A stretch of DNA of 63,839 nt, counting the filler. It is 9 parts of 9 records of this genome, joined end to end, with 100 filler letters (N's around TTAATTAATTAA, not from the genome) between each part and the next. Parts side by side here need not be neighbours in the genome. Positions count along the whole stretch, not along the records: positions 58,580 to 63,839 come from SRR31156797_49134; 8 more parts are not named here. One strand, written 5' to 3'. The notes beneath the pieces are model-generated. The model did not search any database. It worked only from the letters and a program-made list of their open reading frames with translations, and was not told the DNA's origin. The position numbers and the translations under genes were made by a program. Positions 60,907 through 63,839 of the stretch are shown one piece after another (the stretch's first letter is position 1; the number at the start of each line of letters is the position of its first letter).

Positions 60907-61941
60907 TTAGAGGAACGGCTGGGCTTTGACCTGGCAGGGCCTGATGCCGAACTGCTGGAAAAAGGCTTTGGAAAAATGGCTTAAGGAATCATAGCCCACG
61001 GTCAGGGCCACTTCGGTGACATTCATGCCGGTTTCCAGCAACAATGCCTGGGCCCGGTTAAGACGCACCTCCTTGAGATGGGCAAAGGGGGTGGCCCCGT
61101 AAACCTGCTTGAAGCCTGCGGACAGGCGGTTGGGGGAAAGGCCCACCTGGCGGGCCAGGTCCACGAGCAGGGGCGGGTCTTCCATGGAGCGGACCAGGAT
61201 CTCCCGGGCGGCTTCGATTTTATCCCTTTCCCCGGCGGGCGCAGGCTGTCGGGGCTGCTTTTTGCCGGCCAGCTGCTGGATCTGGAGACCGATCAGTTCC
61301 AATGCCAGGCCTTCGACCAGAAGCTGGGGGACCGGGGCTATGGAAATGGTCCGGACCAGGCGGAACAGGGCCGCCTGTATGGCCGGTGTATTTTTGCTGA
61401 CCTCGTAACATCCCCTTGGTCCCGGGGACAGGGCCGCCCGGCGTATGGAAGGGGGCAGGTGGTTCAGTTCCTGGTCCAGGGTCCGGATAAACAGGTCCGG
61501 TGCCATGGTGATGGTGACAATGCGGATGGGGGCGCCGGGAAACAGGCGGGCCGACCCTGCGGTGCCCGGCTGGAAGGCCAGGCGGTTCATGCCTGTTTCC
61601 ATCTCCATTTCATGGTCAAGGGATAAATGACTGTACCGGATTTTACCGGAGAGAAGAAATACCCAGCCGAATCCTGCCGGCCAGGACTCCGATGCCATGA
61701 CCAGGGGGCCGGTCGGGATATAGTCCATGAGGTAGAGGGTGAGGCCGGGACGCAGAACCCGTTCCTCCATGAATCCCTGGCCCGTTTCCCGGGGAAGGCA
61801 GCGCCGGGTCGGGACGCCCGGACGCCGGGTAACGGGAAAGGGGGCCTGGCCCACCAGGGTGTCCGTATGGTTTTTCAGGCAGATTTTCATTGGCAAACCG
61901 TCATTGGGGATCTCCCGGATCTGTGGTCTGTTATCTGTCAA
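60907..61941 (-). CDS. AraC-family regulator, PchR/YbtA-like (start uncertain)
   Basis: AREIL....DPP.LVDLARQVGLS...GFKQVYG; VGYDSLSHFSKAF..QFG. Confidence 0.9.
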   Translation of the reverse strand: MTDNRPQIREIPNDGLPMKICLKNHTDTLVGQAPFPVTRRPGVPTRRCLPRETGQGFMEERVLRPGLTLYLMDYIPTGPLVMASESWPAGFGWVFLLSGKIRYSHLSLDHEMEMETGMNRLAFQPGTAGSARLFPGAPIRIVTITMAPDLFIRTLDQELNHLPPSIRRAALSPGPRGCYEVSKNTPAIQAALFRLVRTISIAPVPQLLVEGLALELIGLQIQQLAGKKQPRQPAPAGERDKIEAAREILVRSMEDPPLLVDLARQVGLSPNRLSAGFKQVYGATPFAHLKEVRLNRAQALLLETGMNVTEVALTVGYDSLSHFSKAFFQQFGIRPCQVKAQPFL

Positions 61942-62183
61942 ATCAATATCGATTCTGTTCTATATGTCAAAAAATACTATTTAACAACTGAATTTTTGGA
62001 CGCATGTATTAAATTAGGGATACCTAAGGGGACGTTGACAGGAATATGAACGGACCTCAGGAATGGGGCTGGACCGCCGGTTTCCCCCTGCCAAGGTGTT
62101 TTCTTCCTTGCCATTTGTGCCGGTTCAATGTTTTATTGCGCCAGTTTCGCCGTAACTGAAAATTAAAAAGACAGCATGGGGTC

Positions 62184-63446
62184 ATGTATAAAATCAGTGA
62201 ACTTGCAGCCATGTTCGGTTTATCCCGGAGTACGCTGCTTTATTATGATCGTATCGCCATCCTGCAGCCTTCCGACAGAAGCCCTGCGGGATATCGCATC
62301 TACACGGAGGAAGACAGACATCGCCTGGAACGGATTTGCGCATATAGAAAAGCCGGGCTCTCCCTGGATAAAATACGCTCGGCCCTGGAAGAGGACCTGG
62401 GACCGGATGACAGAACGATCCGGCAGCGGTTCCATGAAGCGGGCAAGGAGATCAACGCCCTGAGAAAGCAGCAGCAGCTTCTCACCGGAATGATTAAACA
62501 GAAGCATGCTGACTCGATCAGCCTTACCGTATGGCTCGATACGCTCAAATCCGTGGGGCTGGACGGGGAGGCCATCCGTGAGCTTCACGGGAAATTTGAA
62601 AAAATTTCCCCGGACTTTCACCATGACTTCCTGCTTTCCATCGGTCTTTCCGAAAAGGAGGCCGTTCATGTGAGAAGATGGCTGCCGGGGGTGGAGATCT
62701 TTGAAGGGAATTCCAAGTATTATTACGAAGTACTATACGACCTTCCCCGTATCAGTCCGGGCGGGGATGAGTTCGCCCGGAAAGCCCTTTCCATGCTCAA
62801 GGACCTGCCTGACAATCCGTCGGTCCTGGACATCGGATGTGGAACCGGGGCGCAAAGCCTCTGGCTTGCTTCCCGCCTTGCGGGATCCGTCACCGCCGTG
62901 GACAACCACGGGCCGTTTTTGGAAATATTGCAGCAAAAAGCCAAAGGCAGACAACTCAAATCCACCATCAAAACCGTGGAAGCCTCCATGTTTGATTTTC
63001 ACTTCCCTGCCGAATCCTTTGACTTGATCTGGTCGGAAGCAACTATTTTCCTCATGGGGTTTGAAAAGGGAATCAGGGAGTGGTCTTTCCTGCTTAAAAA
63101 AGGCGGGTATCTTGTTGTTTCCGAACTCACCTGGCTTACGGACGCCCCCAGTCCGGAGATTAAAGAATATTGGGACGAATGCTATCCCCAGATGCAGAAT
63201 GTCCAAGAGAATCTCCGGGTCGCACAGGAGCATGGCTATACGCCCATTGCCCACTTTATGACACCGGAATCCTCCTGGTGGAAGAATTTTTACACCCCTT
63301 TTGAAGCCAGAATCGCGGAACTTGAGAAGAAATATGAAGGGGATGCGTCGCTGAACTACTGCTTTTCCTCTATGCGAATCGAAGTAGATATGTTTCGACG
63401 GTTTTCAAGGGATTACGGAAACGTCTTTTATATCTTCCGGAAGTAA
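62184..63446 (+). CDS. MerR-family HTH regulator fused to a class I SAM methyltransferase
   Basis: ISELA..FGLSRSTLLYYD...GYRIY; VLDIGCGTG; FDLIWSE; LKKGG. Confidence 0.9.
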   Translation: MYKISELAAMFGLSRSTLLYYDRIAILQPSDRSPAGYRIYTEEDRHRLERICAYRKAGLSLDKIRSALEEDLGPDDRTIRQRFHEAGKEINALRKQQQLLTGMIKQKHADSISLTVWLDTLKSVGLDGEAIRELHGKFEKISPDFHHDFLLSIGLSEKEAVHVRRWLPGVEIFEGNSKYYYEVLYDLPRISPGGDEFARKALSMLKDLPDNPSVLDIGCGTGAQSLWLASRLAGSVTAVDNHGPFLEILQQKAKGRQLKSTIKTVEASMFDFHFPAESFDLIWSEATIFLMGFEKGIREWSFLLKKGGYLVVSELTWLTDAPSPEIKEYWDECYPQMQNVQENLRVAQEHGYTPIAHFMTPESSWWKNFYTPFEARIAELEKKYEGDASLNYCFSSMRIEVDMFRRFSRDYGNVFYIFRK

Positions 63447-63591
63447 CACCGGTGAGGAATATTCCATGACAGAGCGGTTGGTTTTTTCCACAGGAAGTTA
63501 TTTCCAATGATGAAAGGACCCGATTTCAACATTTATCGGGGCGGAATGAGAAATCAGGTCCCGGGAATCGCCCTCAGATGACCGCAGGGGC

Positions 63592-63839
63592 CTATCTGAG
63601 GCTTACCCTGTTGACAATTTCATGATCCGACCAGTCGGTCATTTTGAAAATCCTGGTTTTCACGGTGACGACGGACTCTGTGTCAGCCATGAAAAAGGAG
63701 AGGGTGGATCTGGCTTTTTCTCCCGTTGTCCGGGCGTCGGCATAGCCGCTTTGCAGGAAGTTTCCATTGATGGCGTTGGCCTGAGCATACGGGTATTCGC
63801 CGATTTGGTTTCCCTGGGAGTCATAAATGGTGCTGTCGA
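63592..63839 (-). CDS. C-terminal 81 residues of a hypothetical protein (5' beyond the window)
   Basis: Hand translation open from the window edge: DSTIYDSQGNQIGEYPY...HEIVNRVSLR*. Confidence 0.5.
   Translation of the reverse strand, partial: DSTIYDSQGNQIGEYPYAQANAINGNFLQSGYADARTTGEKARSTLSFFMADTESVVTVKTRIFKMTDWSDHEIVNRVSLR

Overview
This window is not one locus. It is nine unrelated contigs joined by eight identical artificial 100-nt spacers (N44-TTAATTAATTAA-N44), so gene adjacency only means something within a contig. Taxonomy below is inferred from composition and protein style, not from a search. C1 (1-7393), AT-rich and Arcobacter-like: DsbA-like protein, c-di-GMP synthase and phosphodiesterase, sensor kinase. 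C2 (7494-17561), Methanosarcinaceae-like archaeon: an AT-rich island (stand-alone RNase III-domain gene, membrane protein with a Cys cluster, integrase remnant with an in-frame amber codon), then DUF2209, endA, an S-layer/PGF-CTERM protein, glgP and a partial gpgS-like gene. C3 (17662-24678): nucleotide-sugar cluster. C4 (24779-31234), deltaproteobacterial-like: orphan with possible diadenylate-cyclase-like motifs, argJ, secA, M23 peptidase. C5 (31335-36821), Arcobacter-like: icd, mdh, sodB, MnmC1-like gene, and the cbpA start with HAIR operators and a structured leader. C6 (36922-42120), possibly planctomycete: GH20, K+ channel, rsmG, prfA. C7 (42221-48396), Desulfobacteraceae-like: Pat-type acetyltransferase facing a sigma54 two-component system. 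C8 (48497-58479), possibly spirochaete: pgsA, M32 peptidase, thrS with a complete T-box, a MarR locus, SrkA-like kinase. C9 (58580-63839), Desulfobacter-like: AraC-MFS-methyltransferase module and a MerR-methyltransferase fusion. I saw no rRNA, tRNA or CRISPR array. The best candidates for something new are the archaeal RNase III island, the divergent DAC-like orphan and the structured cbpA leader. All three are hypotheses that need homology or covariation searches.
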